Source: Fistulifera solaris (taxonomy: Eukaryota). Taken from it: a DNA stretch of 64,000 nucleotides. A program made the position numbers and the translations under genes. The notes under the pieces were generated by a model that had not been told where the DNA came from, did not search any database, and saw only the letters and a list, made by a program, of their open reading frames with translations. Below, piece by piece: positions 63,059-64,000 of this stretch. The stretch spans positions 868,001 through 932,000 of the forward strand of contig AP026162.1 in NCBI GenBank assembly GCA_030295235.1, given 5' to 3'. Every line of letters begins with the position of its first letter. The stretch's first letter is position 1.

Positions 63059-64000
63059 ATGCCGAATACGTCAAAGCAGAAGAGTACCAAGCCTAAGAAT
63101 GATACGTCCAATGTAGAGTCAGCGCAAAGGCTAGACTCCGCAAAGAGCTGGATACTTTGCATCAAGAAATGGAAGTGGCAAGATACGCGACTATCGAAAC
63201 GGGCCATCAACGAAGAAAAGTTCCAAAACATCAGTCGAAAGCACGTACTCGTCAGCGAAAACATCTGGAAAAGATAGATCACGAGGAGATCTTTGCCTAC
63301 GATGAACAGGGTGAAGACGTTCCGATCCGTGGGGCAGCCGCTGCTCACACAGCCGACGTAATCAACGGGAGTCTCATTTTTGGGGTACCTGGAAAGCCCG
63401 ACGAACAGCAGGATGGCTCAGACGATGGGGGCGATTCTTCTGAGGACCAGCAAAGCGACGATGATTCACAGTTCTCCGGCGAGGATGAGAACGAGGAAAG
63501 CGCCAGTGAGGACGACACGGACGAATCTGATACCATGGAAGAAAATGTTGATGAAGATTTCGACGATGATGACGAAGACGAGGACGAAGACTTGGAAGTC
63601 TTGGAAGAAGCAGAAGATACAGACAACGGCATAAGAGCCAAGTGTAGACCTGTCGCCGATGACTTGAACGCAAACGAAGATGGTGGCAAGCAACCAGGCA
63701 AGAAGCGGAAAAATAAGTTCCAGGGCATGAGCAACAAACGTCGAAGGTACCGCATGAAAAACTTCAAGTCCTTTCGAATGGCTCAAAGACACGGAGAAGC
63801 TCTTGCGGCTCATGCACGTGGTAATCCTTCATTAGCGATTCAGAAATTGAAAGCGATCGCTCAAGATCATCCGTCGGCACCACAAATCTACTCGTCACTG
63901 GGAATGATTTATGAAGAGATGCTGCAGGATCAGAAAGCGAAAGTAATTGGAGATCGAGATGGTTCAGGAGTTACTGATGGCTTGGATCAGGGTCAGGAGG
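63059..64000 (+). CDS. 5' part of an acidic N-terminal TPR protein, possibly TFIIIC subunit Tfc4/GTF3C3 (runs off the window)
   Basis: The frame is open from ~63140 to the end and links to ATG 63059 by a frameshift. A D/E tract and a basic patch precede the TPR AHARGN...AI..L..IA...P.AP.IY.SLG.IYEE. Confidence 0.6.

Overview
This is a eukaryotic nuclear window, most likely from a diatom or related stramenopile. The evidence is short GT-AG introns, bipartite signal plus 'AF' plastid-targeting presequences, and a diatom-type TM+LRR protein. Many genes are broken by single-base indels in homopolymer runs, which look like uncorrected long-read errors, so the ORF track fragments real genes. The dominant feature is a ~22.6 kb gene (12530-35174, ~7,500 aa once 9 homopolymer indels are repaired). 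It encodes about 120 tandem ~47-aa Trp-anchored repeats in an A/B alternating pattern, then one transmembrane segment and a C-terminal Cys-capped LRR domain. It lies head-to-head with a divergent kinesin whose long tail carries TQT motifs and Ser/Asp repeats. Other genes are TSR3, a TSTD2/TrhO-like rhodanese with a hidden CCCH finger, a 2xRRM protein, tRNA-Thr(AGT), a Nudix-HAD fusion, UBLCP1, TAP42/IGBP1, CK2 alpha, an FAD monooxygenase, two tandem plastid enoyl-ACP reductases, a PH protein, a small basic plastid protein, chorismate synthase, cathepsin Z, an HhH/NTH-like protein, a TPR protein, a rhomboid protease, TPMT, and the 5' end of a probable TFIIIC TPR subunit. Non-coding DNA holds 220-bp and 241-bp tandem arrays and a dispersed family of palindromic 34/52-bp satellites. 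All family assignments come from motif recognition by eye; no database searches were run.
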